The notes beneath the pieces were generated by a model, which had not been told where the DNA came from, did no database searches, and saw only the letters and a program-made list of their open reading frames with translations. A DNA stretch of 64,000 nt from Candidatus Bathyarchaeota archaeon. Lineage in GTDB: Archaea > Thermoproteota > Bathyarchaeia > Bathyarchaeales > Bathycorpusculaceae. Positions within the stretch are counted from its first letter, which is position 1. Every line of letters starts with the position of its first letter. The stretch covers positions 96,001 through 160,000 of the forward strand of contig CAVYHV010000017.1 of assembly GCA_963768425.1 (NCBI GenBank). The letters are read 5' to 3'. A program made the translations under genes and the position numbers. Below, in pieces: positions 1-10,754 of this stretch.

Positions 1-191
1 ACAGGCATTTTGCCAGCTAAGTCCTGCAAAAGGGGATTTAAAAGTCCCCGCGATATTAGGAAGTTTGAATGTGGTAGAGGTAGAAAGTTTTTCTTTGTCC
101 GCTCTCGCAGTCAGGAATTTCATCTTGATTTAGCGTTTTCAACCATTCACTGACTGTTGGGAACCCTGATTTCGTGACGTAGAATCCCAGG

Positions 192-488
192 TTAGAAGGC
201 ATGGTGTTTGATGGGGGAATTTACGTTGAATACGGTGACGACAAATTCTGCGGACGGATTGTTTGGGTCATTTTGATCTTCAGGGTATCCTTTGCAGAAT
301 TCCACGAATTCTTCGAACTTGATTTTAAGGTTAGCGTCGTAACCCTTCACCCTGTAGTAAGTGTATTGCGGGTTTTGAACATCCGTTAGGACAAAGACGT
401 CACCACTTTTCTTAAGAAACTCAAGAGCATGAGGATCAATCTCGATTTCCAAGCTATCCATGCTGTTTTCACTCATCCTAATCTTCAC
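192..488 (-). CDS. hypothetical protein (98 aa)
   Basis: Open ORF with protein-like composition, divergent from htpX; no motif recognised. Confidence 0.5.
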   Translation of the reverse strand: MKIRMSENSMDSLEIEIDPHALEFLKKSGDVFVLTDVQNPQYTYYRVKGYDANLKIKFEEFVEFCKGYPEDQNDPNNPSAEFVVTVFNVNSPIKHHAF

Positions 489-691
489 CGCTGATGACTT
501 TCATTATTACTTAATGCATCCTATTTTAATATTAAACACTATCGACACTTAGCTACTTTTTTTGCGGCGAAAACCAAGAGTCTCTGGCGGTTTTCTGTTT
601 TCAAATAACTTGTCATCTGTTCCTTGGCAAAAAGCGCTTGTAATAAGCAAAAAATATAAGCGGCTTTTACGCATGCCAATGGTTGACCAAT

Positions 692-1669
692 ATGGGTATA
701 GTTGAACTTAGGCTTTCAATGTTAGCGACCCTGACGATCATCATCGGGTTGTCTACGCTAGTCTTAACGGGTGTTATGCTTTACTTCGGTGTATTCAACA
801 TCATTGCAGTGGGCATAATCGTAGTAGCCATAAACATTGCCGCAATGGCTCTTCGCGCCGTACTTACTAGGCTTCGTTTACAAGATTAGAAAAATTTCAC
901 AAACAGAGAATCCGCAACTTCACCAAATCGTCAACAACCTAAGCCAGAAATGCCACATAAAAACCCCAGAACTCATGCTAGCTCAGGTTCCTGTTCCAAA
1001 CGCTTTCGCATATGGTTCACCGCTTACAGGCAGCCGCGTCGCAGTAACTCCGGGATTGCTGACAGCGCTGAACACGGACGAGGTTGAAGCGGTTTTAGGA
1101 CATGAACTGGGACATCTCAGGCACAAGGACGTTCAGGTTATGATGGCTGTTTCTGTCCTTCCGTCTGTTTTCATGTACCTTGGTTATTCACTTATGTGGT
1201 CAGGAAATGGCTTCTGGAGGAAGCAGAAGAAGCGGCGGCGGCAACGGCAACGGTGCAATCATCGGCATAGGCTTGATGGGATTCGGTTATCTGCTTACCT
1301 TCTTTACGTTGTGGCTCAGCAGGGTACGCGAGTACTACGCAGACAGGAACAGCGTCCAAGTGGTAGATAACGGCGCATGGAAGCTTTCAACGGGCCTCGC
1401 GAAAATCGTCAGCGCCTCAAAGAAACCCAGCAAGTCAAAGAGGACAAGGACAGCAGCAAGGCGCAAGCGCTTTCAGATGCCTCTTCATCTCCGACCCAGG
1501 CGATTCAGACCAAGCTGCGAAAAGCATCGACGCATCGCTCATGGTTCAGGAAATCCTCTCGAGAAAAATAACAGGCGAAGACAAGCTGGCAGAAGCTTTC
1601 TCGACTCACCCGAACATAACCAAACGTCTACGAGCACTTCAGCAGCTAAGCCAAAACCCCAACGCCTAA
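692..1669 (+). CDS. htpX: HtpX-family (M48) membrane zinc metalloprotease, split by indels
   Basis: PNAFAYG, EAVLGHELGH (HExxH), LSRVREYYAD and THPNITKRL motifs spread over several frames. Confidence 0.9.
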
Positions 1670-1671
1670 TC

Positions 1672-3025
1672 TTAGGCGTATTTTCCTTCTTGACTTAAGG
1701 GATTAGTCCATTTGATTATTGCGCTAACCGAGTTCTGGTTGAACCCCTTGAAACCTTGACCGCGCTGAATATTCTCTAAATGGCTCGCAACTGCCCCATC
1801 CCGAAGAAACACTGAAGCTTGCTCGCTGGTTAAGCTATGGTTTTTCAGGAGCAAATTCAGTTTTTCGCCGTGAACCTGCCATTTCTCAGGCTCAGTGAAT
1901 GCTTGTTTGAGGAACGGGAAATTGGAGAAAGGCTTCATCATGCCGACGCCCAAAGCCTTGAGGTCTTCTCGGGCAGCTTCGAAGTTGAACCGCGCGGCTA
2001 AATGATGCATCCCAGCTTCAAGAATGCTTTCGCCATGCAGCCCGACCCATAAGCCTACCGTACCCAGCTGGCTTCGCGTTTCAAGCGCTTTATGAGCGAA
2101 ATCAATGTCTTTTTCCTCAACCGACAAGTCAACATCGGCGAAAACAACGTTTCTTCCATCTTTCTCCTCAAGAATTTGGGCTCCCCAACCTGCTTGGGCG
2201 CCAGCATGAAAACTTTCCCGAGGCTCAAGCCCAAGGTACTCGAACATATGAATTAAAGCGGCAAAGTTCCCTCGTGAAGACCTGAAGGTGTGGTGGTCGA
2301 CGTTTCCCCACCCCATGCCGACTTTATCCTGCCTGCTTTTCTGAACTTTGGCTGCGTCGGTTTCGGGTTTCCCAGTAACGTCTTTCCGCTCGGAAGAAGA
2401 CGTCAGCTAAGCGTGGCTTGCTAAGTTTGTTTTCGAAGTTTTTAAGCAGTTTTTCAGTTTCGTAAATCCCTTCTTCAGCAGACAAGAACACTCGTTTACG
2501 CGATTCCAAAGCACTTCAACGCTTCAACGTATGAGTCAATGTCGCCTGTATCTTCAACTGCATATCCTGATGAGCCCCGCCTCTCCACAAAGGAAAACGC
2601 AAAATCATTTTCGTTGACAAGGGAAAGCTTTCTAAAGCTTGAGTTGGGTGCTCCCTGAACGCTTTTTTCTTTGCCAATGGTCTTTCGGAAATCATCCATG
2701 TTTTCAACCGCAAGTGCAACTTCTGAACTTTTGCCGCTTTTCAGAACCAAAGGAAAAAGCGAGCTTCCGCCTACCCGAAAAACAGTTGCGTCGTCAATGC
2801 TTTTCTGGGATTCTTTAAATCCCATCTTCAAAAGTTCCTCAACGTTTACGCTTTCTGCTGGAAGCGCAAGGTGGTCTACCCAGTCGAAAATGTTGGTTGA
2901 AGTGCTGCGTTGAATCTCCGTCGCTTGCTGCTAAAGCAAAACTACTCTTGTTTAAGAGTTCCTTAAGCCTACATTTGAAGGAAAGATTCCGCATCGGCAA
3001 AAAGTTGCCAATCAAATAAGCTCAA
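1672..3025 (-). CDS. conserved hypothetical protein, putative VOC/glyoxalase-fold metalloenzyme, split by indels
   Basis: GGAGG then TTG at 3025 (MSLFDWQLF); fragments 2496-2831, 2324-2509 and 1672-2316 are colinear; motifs GWGNVDHHTFRSSR, GMHHLAARF, HLENIQRGQGFKGFNQ. Confidence 0.7.
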
Positions 3026-3169
3026 AAAAATCCTCCTAAGAACATTGAAATGCCCACATTTTAACGAGTTAAAGGTTTCTTATAAAGCTGTTTTACTAAG
3101 TCTGACACGACGGAAAAACGGAGTACAGGATAAACTTAAAACTGAAAGCACACTTATCGCTTACAAGAT

Positions 3170-4024
3170 GTGTTCGCCTTGGATGTTTCCGTAACCAAAG
3201 CAGATGGCTCTAAACAGCTCTTTAACAGAGAAAAGGTCGTTCAAACTTGTTTAAAGATGGGCGCAACCATTCAGATGGCCAATGAGGTTGCTGGACAGGT
3301 TCAAAGAAGCCTTTTTGAAGGCGTATCAACTCGAACAATTCTTCAGTTGATTTTCAGGCTCATGGAGGAATACAAACCTGAAGTCGGGCATCTCTTGGAT
3401 TTAAGGACGGGTATAAGCCTGATGGATAGCAAACCAGAATTTGAAATGTTCGTTCAGGTCTTGCTTGCCCACAGCGACTTCGACGTTTCGCCTAACAGGA
3501 TTCTCAGGGGAAAATGCGGGAGACACGAGGTAGACGGCATCGCGAAACGTGACGGCGTCATCTATTTTGTGGAAATAAAACATCATCTAAGCTATCACTC
3601 CTTAACTGGGTTGGATGAGAGCCGCATTGCACAAGCCATACTGGAAGACGTCCAGGAAGCGGTTGCTTTAGGATTGACCGATTTCAAAGTGGACCGTGCT
3701 ATGATAGTAACCAACACAAGATATTCCGAGCATGCTGTTGAATATGGAACCTGCAAAAATATCTTGCTGATTGGGTGGAGTTCGCCGCAGACGCTGGGGT
3801 TGCGAGAAATAATTGAAAAAGGCAATTTGTACCCGCTCAGTTGCCTTCGAGGCTTAAGCCACGACGACAGGATAAGGTTTGTCAACTCGGGGATACTTCT
3901 CTTAAAACAACTGCTTGAACAAGACCGATCCTCAATAGCTACGAAAACTGGGTTGCCATATGAAGTAGTCGTAGAAGTCACGAAAAAAGCTCGAGCTAGC
4001 GCGAATGCACTCTGGGGCCAATAG
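3170..4024 (+). CDS. ATP-cone domain plus Mrr-like PD-(D/E)xK nuclease protein
   Basis: N-terminal VTKADGSKQLFNREK (ATP cone); HEVDGIA...VEIKHH nuclease motif. Confidence 0.85.
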   Translation: MFALDVSVTKADGSKQLFNREKVVQTCLKMGATIQMANEVAGQVQRSLFEGVSTRTILQLIFRLMEEYKPEVGHLLDLRTGISLMDSKPEFEMFVQVLLAHSDFDVSPNRILRGKCGRHEVDGIAKRDGVIYFVEIKHHLSYHSLTGLDESRIAQAILEDVQEAVALGLTDFKVDRAMIVTNTRYSEHAVEYGTCKNILLIGWSSPQTLGLREIIEKGNLYPLSCLRGLSHDDRIRFVNSGILLLKQLLEQDRSSIATKTGLPYEVVVEVTKKARASANALWGQ

Positions 4025-4039
4025 CCGCTTCTGGGAATT

Positions 4040-4360
4040 TTATGTCGATCTTGCGATTTCAACCATTATCTTTCCATTTTCAACCTTGCATCGGTAACAA
4101 GACAATTTCACCTGCGGAATTTCTTGGTATTGCCCATTTCGTATGTCGAATTTCCAGCCATGACAGGGGCACATCAATGTGTAACCATTGAGGATTCCCC
4201 CTTGAAAGCTACAACCTTCATGGGGACAATAGTTTGAAACACCATAAACTTCACCACCAACCCTCAATAGCAAAACAGGCTTTCCCTTTAGCCTGACAGC
4301 TTTCATTTTGCCTTCCCCCAGCTCGCTTTCCTTAATCGAAACCACAAAACCGTCATTCAT
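4040..4360 (-). CDS. Rieske [2Fe-2S] ferredoxin
   Basis: CPHEGC and CPCHGWKFD motifs; likely start at MNDGF. Confidence 0.9.
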   Translation of the reverse strand: MNDGFVVSIKESELGEGKMKAVRLKGKPVLLLRVGGEVYGVSNYCPHEGCSFQGGILNGYTLMCPCHGWKFDIRNGQYQEIPQVKLSCYRCKVENGKIMVEIARST

Positions 4361-4543
4361 AACGACTGAACCTTCTGTATAAATGGGATGGGAAAGCTCA
4401 AAAACCTTGCCTACACGAACCTTTCGACCGTCTTTTTTGATCGTAACCAAAATACAAAATGTTTGGGACAAAATTCAAAAAGGATAAATGCTAATGTTTG
4501 GTATTGTAGTCGGTTCAAAATTACTTCATGTTGTAGGATATAC

Positions 4544-6466
4544 ATGAGTTTTGTAAATTGCCGCAAAGCCACTGTTCTTCTGTTCATTGTTCTCTTGACG
4601 GCCTTCATAATTCCCGTTTCGGCAGTTAGCAACGTCGAAAAAACTTACTCCATAAAACCGCCATCAACCATCAGCCACCAATACAGCATCATCAATGTGC
4701 AGCCGAGACTTCTCACCAATGAACACAACGAAAAACTATACGTCTCCACACCCATGTCGCTTGTTAATTATTATGGTAATTTGTCTCACACAATAAACGA
4801 CAACGGCGACTACGCATGGCTCGTCACACCGCAGGCAGTAGCGCCGATAGCAGCATCCCTCCTCAAAATCACTAACGGCCTTTCTAACCGCGACGAACAA
4901 TTCGCCGATGTCGTGTTAGGCTTCGTGCATCAACTTTCATACAATGTTACAAGCCCACAGTACCCTGTTGAAACTCTTGCAAGCAACAAGGGCGACTGCG
5001 TGGGATTATCACTTCTTACCGCATCCATTATGGAAGCGGGCGGCTTGGACGTTGTTTTGATTCTCTACACGGGCATAAATCCGCAGCACATGAACGTAGG
5101 AGTCTATTTGCCTTATACTCCGATCTATCATACGCCTTTACTTGCTCCGACAAGCTTCACTTACGATAACAAAACCTATTGGACTGCTGAAACCACCCCT
5201 GAAGGCAACTGGAAAGTCGGGGATCAATCCCAAGCCTTATCCGGGGCAAAAGCAAACATTATTCCCCTCAACCAAACTGCCCAGTCGCTTTCTCCATCCC
5301 AAGTTTCAGCAAGCCTGAAAACTGCATTAGTTCCTTCAGCGATAACTGTTGACACAAGCCAGCAGGCAACAACCCCAGATGTGAATGGGAAAAGATCAAT
5401 CTCAATCTCGGGCCAAATAACTCCTGCAATCGCCGGTCAAACAGTTAACGTATACGTAAGCAGCACCAACTACGAAGGTGAAGTGCTTAACTTCTTTACA
5501 ACGGTAACGGACAATTACGGCAACTACAAATTAATCTGGAACTTCACCAATTCAGGAACATACTACATAACAGCAAACTGGAACGGTGCCTCAAACAATG
5601 CAGCCGCAGACAGCCAAACAGTACCAGTCTTTGTTGGACCCCAATCTTATATGCAGTTTAGCTCGCCTGATTACAACTACATTTTCGGGCAGCCCGGCTT
5701 AGCAGCCTTCGCTACATATCCCATGCAAGGCGAAAACGATTTCCTAACAGTCCCACTTGGCACCCAAGCTTCGTTGAGCTATAACTTCATCGTGCTGCAG
5801 GCAGGACAAACCATATCTAACGTTCCCACCACGAACATAACAGTGCCTGCCACAATGGAAAAAGTGCTGACAAGCCAGGGGAAAGCGGAAACAATCGAGA
5901 TACCTGCCCACAACGAAACGGTACCTCTCGGGGTTCCAAACGGTCTTGAGCCGCTCATGTTACCAGACGATTTCAACCAAACATTAGACAATCAATTCAG
6001 TCTTGTCCTTCAAAATAACGCAGGCAACTACAGCCTGAACTTTAAAGCGTTAAGCCAAGACGACATAGCTAACATGCAAGCAACGGCGACAGTCACAAAC
6101 GCCACCGAGACCATTAGAGAAAACACCTGGTATCAAGTAACCACGAAACTAAACGGAAATTCAGCTACCACCACCTTGAGCAACGAAAACGGCACCGTAA
6201 TCCAAAACACAACAAACCAAACCAGCGACAACCCAGCTGTGCTCCTTATAACAAACAACGAAGATACCGCTATAGCAATCAAAAACCTTACAATCCAAAC
6301 CCCAAACGCCAACCCCGTTCAGCCTCAGACAACCCAAAAACCAACCGGTATCCTCAGTTACACAAATCTTGCCCTATACGCGATTATCGCAATCCTGGCA
6401 GCTGCGACAGTAGTGGCTGTGCTTTACATAAAGAGAGCCAAGAAAACCGCACCAATCACTCGTTAG
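4544..6466 (+). CDS. cell-surface transglutaminase-like cysteine protein with Ig-like domain and C-terminal membrane anchor
   Basis: Signal peptide; YPVETL..GDCVG, QHMNVG and AETT catalytic motifs; Thr/Asn-rich beta region; TM helix plus basic tail. Confidence 0.8.
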   Translation: MSFVNCRKATVLLFIVLLTAFIIPVSAVSNVEKTYSIKPPSTISHQYSIINVQPRLLTNEHNEKLYVSTPMSLVNYYGNLSHTINDNGDYAWLVTPQAVAPIAASLLKITNGLSNRDEQFADVVLGFVHQLSYNVTSPQYPVETLASNKGDCVGLSLLTASIMEAGGLDVVLILYTGINPQHMNVGVYLPYTPIYHTPLLAPTSFTYDNKTYWTAETTPEGNWKVGDQSQALSGAKANIIPLNQTAQSLSPSQVSASLKTALVPSAITVDTSQQATTPDVNGKRSISISGQITPAIAGQTVNVYVSSTNYEGEVLNFFTTVTDNYGNYKLIWNFTNSGTYYITANWNGASNNAAADSQTVPVFVGPQSYMQFSSPDYNYIFGQPGLAAFATYPMQGENDFLTVPLGTQASLSYNFIVLQAGQTISNVPTTNITVPATMEKVLTSQGKAETIEIPAHNETVPLGVPNGLEPLMLPDDFNQTLDNQFSLVLQNNAGNYSLNFKALSQDDIANMQATATVTNATETIRENTWYQVTTKLNGNSATTTLSNENGTVIQNTTNQTSDNPAVLLITNNEDTAIAIKNLTIQTPNANPVQPQTTQKPTGILSYTNLALYAIIAILAAATVVAVLYIKRAKKTAPITR

Positions 6467-6558
6467 CGACGCCATTGGCGACTTAGGTGTTTAAAATAGG
6501 AATTCTTAAAAAATCTAGTATTTTATGGTTGGATTCCACCATAAAAATGGGTTTGTTC

Positions 6559-7686
6559 CTATTCGCTCGAGTTCTTAATGTTGTGGAGTTCGCAGAGTTT
6601 AAGCAGGGTTTCTTTGTAGACTTGGATAGACTTCAGATATTCTGCTACGTCGATATGCTCGTCTAGAGTATGGTCAAGTCGGCTATTGCCCGGTCCATAA
6701 GTCACAATTGGCAAGTTCATGGCTTTGCCCAGGATGTTCATATCGCCAGTTCCAGTCTTATGCAGAAGCGTTGCAGGCTTGTTTAGGACTTTTCGGACGG
6801 AAGAAGAAAAGACGTGGACAAGCGGCGAAGCCTTGTTCACCTCGAAAGGCTCCACAGTATCCAGCACAGTTGCCTTCACAGAAACCTTCGGGTTAGCAGC
6901 CTGATACTTTGCAATGATCTTCTCTATCTGCTCAAAAATCTGAGACGTCGAAAACTGAATTGGCACACGAACATCAATGTTCATTTCAGCCTCAAAAGGA
7001 ACAACAGACATCGCTCTGCCACCGGCAACTTTAACCAAACAGGCAGTAAGCGCGTTAAAAGGGCTCTCTGAAGGGTCCAGCGACGGGAAAGAAGAAGCAT
7101 TCTTGATCTGCATCCAAACCTCAAACGCCTTCTCCAACGCGTTTTCATAAAGCCAGGGCGTAGAAGAGTGACCAGTCTCAGTTTTGCACACAACCTTCAG
7201 CTGAATCTGCCCCTTGTAGCCAACCGTAATGTTTTCGACACCACTTGGTTCTCCAAAGATGGCGTAGTCGGCTTTGATCCCCTGAGTGATAAGGTGCTTG
7301 ACGCCTCGGCTAGTAGCTTCCTCCTCGACCACGCTTGCAACCAAAATTTTACCTTTAAACCCTGGCTCCTGCGCAACGGAAACGGCAGCCATAACCATTG
7401 CGGCAAGCGGACCCTTTGCATCCACAGCGCCCCGAGCGTATATTTTGCCTTCTTCAATGCGCAGCGGCAAGTGTCCAGCCACAGTATCCATGTGACCACA
7501 CAGCAAGATTACGGGTTCGCCTTCGCCAACGACGCCAATCACGTTTCCGATTGCATCTTTGCCGACTTCAAAACCCATCTTCTTCATTTCAACCGCTAAA
7601 AAGTTAGCCGCATCCTCTTCTTTCCCTGAAGGGCTATAAATGCCCAAAAGGTTAGTTAGAAATCGTACTGCTTCCTGCTCGCTCAT
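6559..7686 (-). CDS. lysK: [LysW]-lysine/ornithine hydrolase (M20 family)
   Basis: GHMDTV, GAVDAKG, EEE, GPGNSRLDHT motifs; last gene of lysW operon. Confidence 0.93.
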   Translation of the reverse strand: MSEQEAVRFLTNLLGIYSPSGKEEDAANFLAVEMKKMGFEVGKDAIGNVIGVVGEGEPVILLCGHMDTVAGHLPLRIEEGKIYARGAVDAKGPLAAMVMAAVSVAQEPGFKGKILVASVVEEEATSRGVKHLITQGIKADYAIFGEPSGVENITVGYKGQIQLKVVCKTETGHSSTPWLYENALEKAFEVWMQIKNASSFPSLDPSESPFNALTACLVKVAGGRAMSVVPFEAEMNIDVRVPIQFSTSQIFEQIEKIIAKYQAANPKVSVKATVLDTVEPFEVNKASPLVHVFSSSVRKVLNKPATLLHKTGTGDMNILGKAMNLPIVTYGPGNSRLDHTLDEHIDVAEYLKSIQVYKETLLKLCELHNIKNSSE

Positions 7687-8866
7687 TCTCTTCCTCACCT
7701 AAAACTTCATCCAGCACAGCTACCACAAGATCGATTTGATCCTTTTGAATAACTAGAGGCGGCAACATACGAACCACAGTTCGCCCTGCATCCAAGACTA
7801 AAACGCCCTTCGCAGCCGCCTTCACAATAACGTTCAAAACATCGAAGCGCAACTCCATCCCAAGCATCAAACCCAAGCCGCGAACTTCTTTAACGATTCT
7901 ATGCTTAGTATGCAACTTCTCTAATTCAGCCTTAAAGTAGCTACCCATTTCCAGGGCGCGTTCAGTCAAGTTTTCCTCGACAAGCGCCTCTATCGCTGCG
8001 CATCCAGCCGCACAGACCAGTGGGCTGCCGCTGAAGGTAGTTGAGTGCTCGCCAATTTTGAGGGCTGACATAACATTTTCTTTAGCTGCAGTTATGCCAA
8101 TGGGTAATCCACCTGCAAAAGGCTTAGCTAAACACATCACGTCGGGCGTTACATCCCAGTTCTGGCAACCGAACAGCTTGCCCGTGCGCCCGAAACTTGT
8201 CTGCACTTCATCAAGAATAAGCAAAACATTCTTCTCGTCGCAGATTTTCCGTACCTCTTGCAGGTAACCGTCAGGAGGAACCCTCACGCCGCCTTCCCCT
8301 CGAATAGGCTCCATAAGAACCGCCGCCGTTTTCTCGCTAATAGCTTCACGGATTTTGTCAGCGTTATCAGGGGCAACATGCTTTATTTCAGGAACCAAAG
8401 GCATGAAAGGCTCGCGGTATTTTTTATCCCATGTCGCCGAAAGGGCACCCATGGTTTTGCCGTGAAAGGCACCCATCAAAGCGATGATTTCAGGTTTGCC
8501 CATGTATTTACGGGCGAGTTTAATGGCGCATTCAACTGATTCGGCGCCGCTGTTGGACAGAAACACCTTGTCTAAGCCTTTCGGCGTTAGGTGCACAAGT
8601 TTTTTGACAAATTCTGCACGTCTATCGTTGTAGTAGGCTCCGTGACAAGTGATAAGCTGCTCTGCTTGAGCCTGAATCGCCGAGACAACTTTAGGGTGAC
8701 AGTGTCCCAGCAAAGCTACGCCGTAACTGGTTGAGCAGTCAACGTATTCTTTGCCGTTAATATCCCAAACTTTAGCGCCTTTGCCTTTTACAAGAACGAC
8801 TGGTTTTTTGGAGAAAACGTTTGCCATGAACCGCGTTTCAACATCAATTATTTCTCTTTCATTCAC
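7652..8866 (-). CDS. lysJ: [LysW]-aminoadipate semialdehyde transaminase (class III PLP)
   Basis: SNSGAESVE, FHGKT, DEVQTSFGRTG motifs; operon context. Confidence 0.93.
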   Translation of the reverse strand: MNEREIIDVETRFMANVFSKKPVVLVKGKGAKVWDINGKEYVDCSTSYGVALLGHCHPKVVSAIQAQAEQLITCHGAYYNDRRAEFVKKLVHLTPKGLDKVFLSNSGAESVECAIKLARKYMGKPEIIALMGAFHGKTMGALSATWDKKYREPFMPLVPEIKHVAPDNADKIREAISEKTAAVLMEPIRGEGGVRVPPDGYLQEVRKICDEKNVLLILDEVQTSFGRTGKLFGCQNWDVTPDVMCLAKPFAGGLPIGITAAKENVMSALKIGEHSTTFSGSPLVCAAGCAAIEALVEENLTERALEMGSYFKAELEKLHTKHRIVKEVRGLGLMLGMELRFDVLNVIVKAAAKGVLVLDAGRTVVRMLPPLVIQKDQIDLVVAVLDEVLGEEENERAGSSTISN

Positions 8867-9677
8867 CAGTTATCACCGTTCCAACCTTATGATTCAAAGC
8901 TGAACTGATGGGTTCATTTCCCGTGCCCGCCGTAACCAAAACCTCTTTAACGCCTTGGTTTAAAGCCTCCAGTGCTGCATGTACTTTGGTGCTCATGCCT
9001 TGCCCGATACTGGATAGGACCTCTTTAACTTCGATGGCGGCAATTTTGGGAACACACTCGCCGTGAAGCATCAAACCCTTTACATCCGTGAGAAGAACCA
9101 AACGGTCAGCCTTCAATGCGCCAGCGATTACAGCCGCTGTTCGGTCACCATCTACGTTGAGGGGCTCGTAGTCCTGACTGACCGCGATAGGCGTCACAAT
9201 CGGCACATATCCCTTTTCAAGCAGAAGAGTAAGCAGGCCGCTGTTAACCTCAGTTATCTTTCCTGTGTAGCCGCCGTCTATGATTTTTTTGCGTCCCCGC
9301 TCGTCAACGGCTATAAGTTTCGTTTTACGCTCAGCCTTCAACGTACCGGCATCCAACCCAGTTATTCCAACTGCATTTATACCCTGGCTTTGCAGGGCTA
9401 AGACGATTTGTTTATTGATTTTGCCAGCCATAACCATGGTGTAGATCTCTATAGTTTCTTTGTCGGTGTAGCGACTTCTGAACCCTTCTGGTGAAACGAT
9501 GAATTTCTGTTCCTTCCCAAGTTTGGAGGCTATCTCGGTGACTTCAACCCCGCCGCCGTGGACCAAAACCATCTTGTTGGTTTTCGACACCTCTTTCAGG
9601 TCAGCAACCAGGTCTTTAGATGCCCCTTCTTTGAGTATGCTTCCGCCTATCTTGATAACGAGCAACATAGCTATCAC
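8859..9677 (-). CDS. lysZ: [LysW]-aminoadipate/glutamate kinase
   Basis: KIGGS, VHGGG, SRYTD, LNVDGDR motifs. Confidence 0.94.
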   Translation of the reverse strand: MIAMLLVIKIGGSILKEGASKDLVADLKEVSKTNKMVLVHGGGVEVTEIASKLGKEQKFIVSPEGFRSRYTDKETIEIYTMVMAGKINKQIVLALQSQGINAVGITGLDAGTLKAERKTKLIAVDERGRKKIIDGGYTGKITEVNSGLLTLLLEKGYVPIVTPIAVSQDYEPLNVDGDRTAAVIAGALKADRLVLLTDVKGLMLHGECVPKIAAIEVKEVLSSIGQGMSTKVHAALEALNQGVKEVLVTAGTGNEPISSALNHKVGTVITGE

Positions 9678-10729
9678 ACCGGATGGAACCCTGTGCTCTT
9701 CAAGCCAACGGTCTCGTCAATGCCTAGCTGTATGTTCATGCATTGCACGGCTTGGCCTGCGGCGCCTTTAGTCATGTTGTCGATTGCTGAGAAAAGCAGA
9801 AGCCGATTCGCATGCTCGTCGATTTCGAAGCCGACGTCGCAGAAGTTTGTTCCTAAAGTCACCTTCGGATCAGGCAGTTGATAAGGACCCTTCTGATACT
9901 TTACCAAACGCACAAACGGCTCGTTCCCGTACATACCTCGCAGGGCTCGCCAAAGATCCTTGTTCTCCAGCTTCTGTTTGGGAAAAGTGTGAATAGTCGC
10001 CAAAATCCCGCGAACCATATTAACCGCATGCGGAGTAAACGAAATCTTAACGGGTTTACTACCCAACGCATTAAGTTCTTGTTCAACTTCGGCGGTGTGG
10101 CGGTGACCAGCCACCTGATAGGGGCGGACTCCACCGAATCGTTCAGGGTGATGGGACGAAGCGGTCGGTTTGCTACCTCCGCCTGAAGAGCCAACCTTCA
10201 GGTCAACGACAATCTTGTCTTCATCAACCAGACCAGCCTTCACCACAGGCGCCAAACCCAGAATGGCTGATGTCGCCATGCAGCCTGGGCAAGCGATGAT
10301 TTTGCCGTTTTTGATTTCTTCGCGATGAAGTTCCGGCAACCCGTATACGGCGTCTTTGAGCATTTCGGGGTGTGCATGCTTCCACCCATAGTAGCTTTCA
10401 TAGTCAGCTGGGTTTTTGAGGCGGAAATCAGCGCTCATGTCAATTACTTTTAATCCAGCGTCTAAAAGTTTAGGCACAAGATTAACCGAGCCCCCATGCG
10501 GCGTTGCCGTGAATATTAAATCGCAGTTTTTCTGCAGCTCAGCAACGTCTAAGGGTACAAATTTCAGCTGTGTTAAGCCTCGCAGGTTGGGGTGAACGTT
10601 GAAAACATATTCTCCTGCGCTTTGCCGTGAAGTAACCATAGTGACCTCTGCTTGGGGATGAAGAAGCAGCAGCCGCAACAGTTCGCTGCCAACGTAGCCT
10701 GAACCGCCGATTATTCCAACTCGCACCAT
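9674..10729 (-). CDS. lysY: [LysW]-aminoadipate-phosphate reductase (ArgC family)
   Basis: GGSGYVG, PGCMAT, IDNMTKGAAGQA motifs. Confidence 0.95.
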   Translation of the reverse strand: MVRVGIIGGSGYVGSELLRLLLLHPQAEVTMVTSRQSAGEYVFNVHPNLRGLTQLKFVPLDVAELQKNCDLIFTATPHGGSVNLVPKLLDAGLKVIDMSADFRLKNPADYESYYGWKHAHPEMLKDAVYGLPELHREEIKNGKIIACPGCMATSAILGLAPVVKAGLVDEDKIVVDLKVGSSGGGSKPTASSHHPERFGGVRPYQVAGHRHTAEVEQELNALGSKPVKISFTPHAVNMVRGILATIHTFPKQKLENKDLWRALRGMYGNEPFVRLVKYQKGPYQLPDPKVTLGTNFCDVGFEIDEHANRLLLFSAIDNMTKGAAGQAVQCMNIQLGIDETVGLKSTGFHPV

Positions 10730-10754
10730 TTTTCAGTCTTCCTTTGTCATACTA

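Noticed and set aside
32-49. Inverted repeat GGGGATTT-AA-AAGTCCCC at window start
   Set aside because: Could be a terminator or operator, but upstream context is outside the window.
3170-4024. ATP-cone/Mrr nuclease as a novel defence system
   Set aside because: A common stand-alone architecture in archaea; no methylase or other defence genes adjacent.
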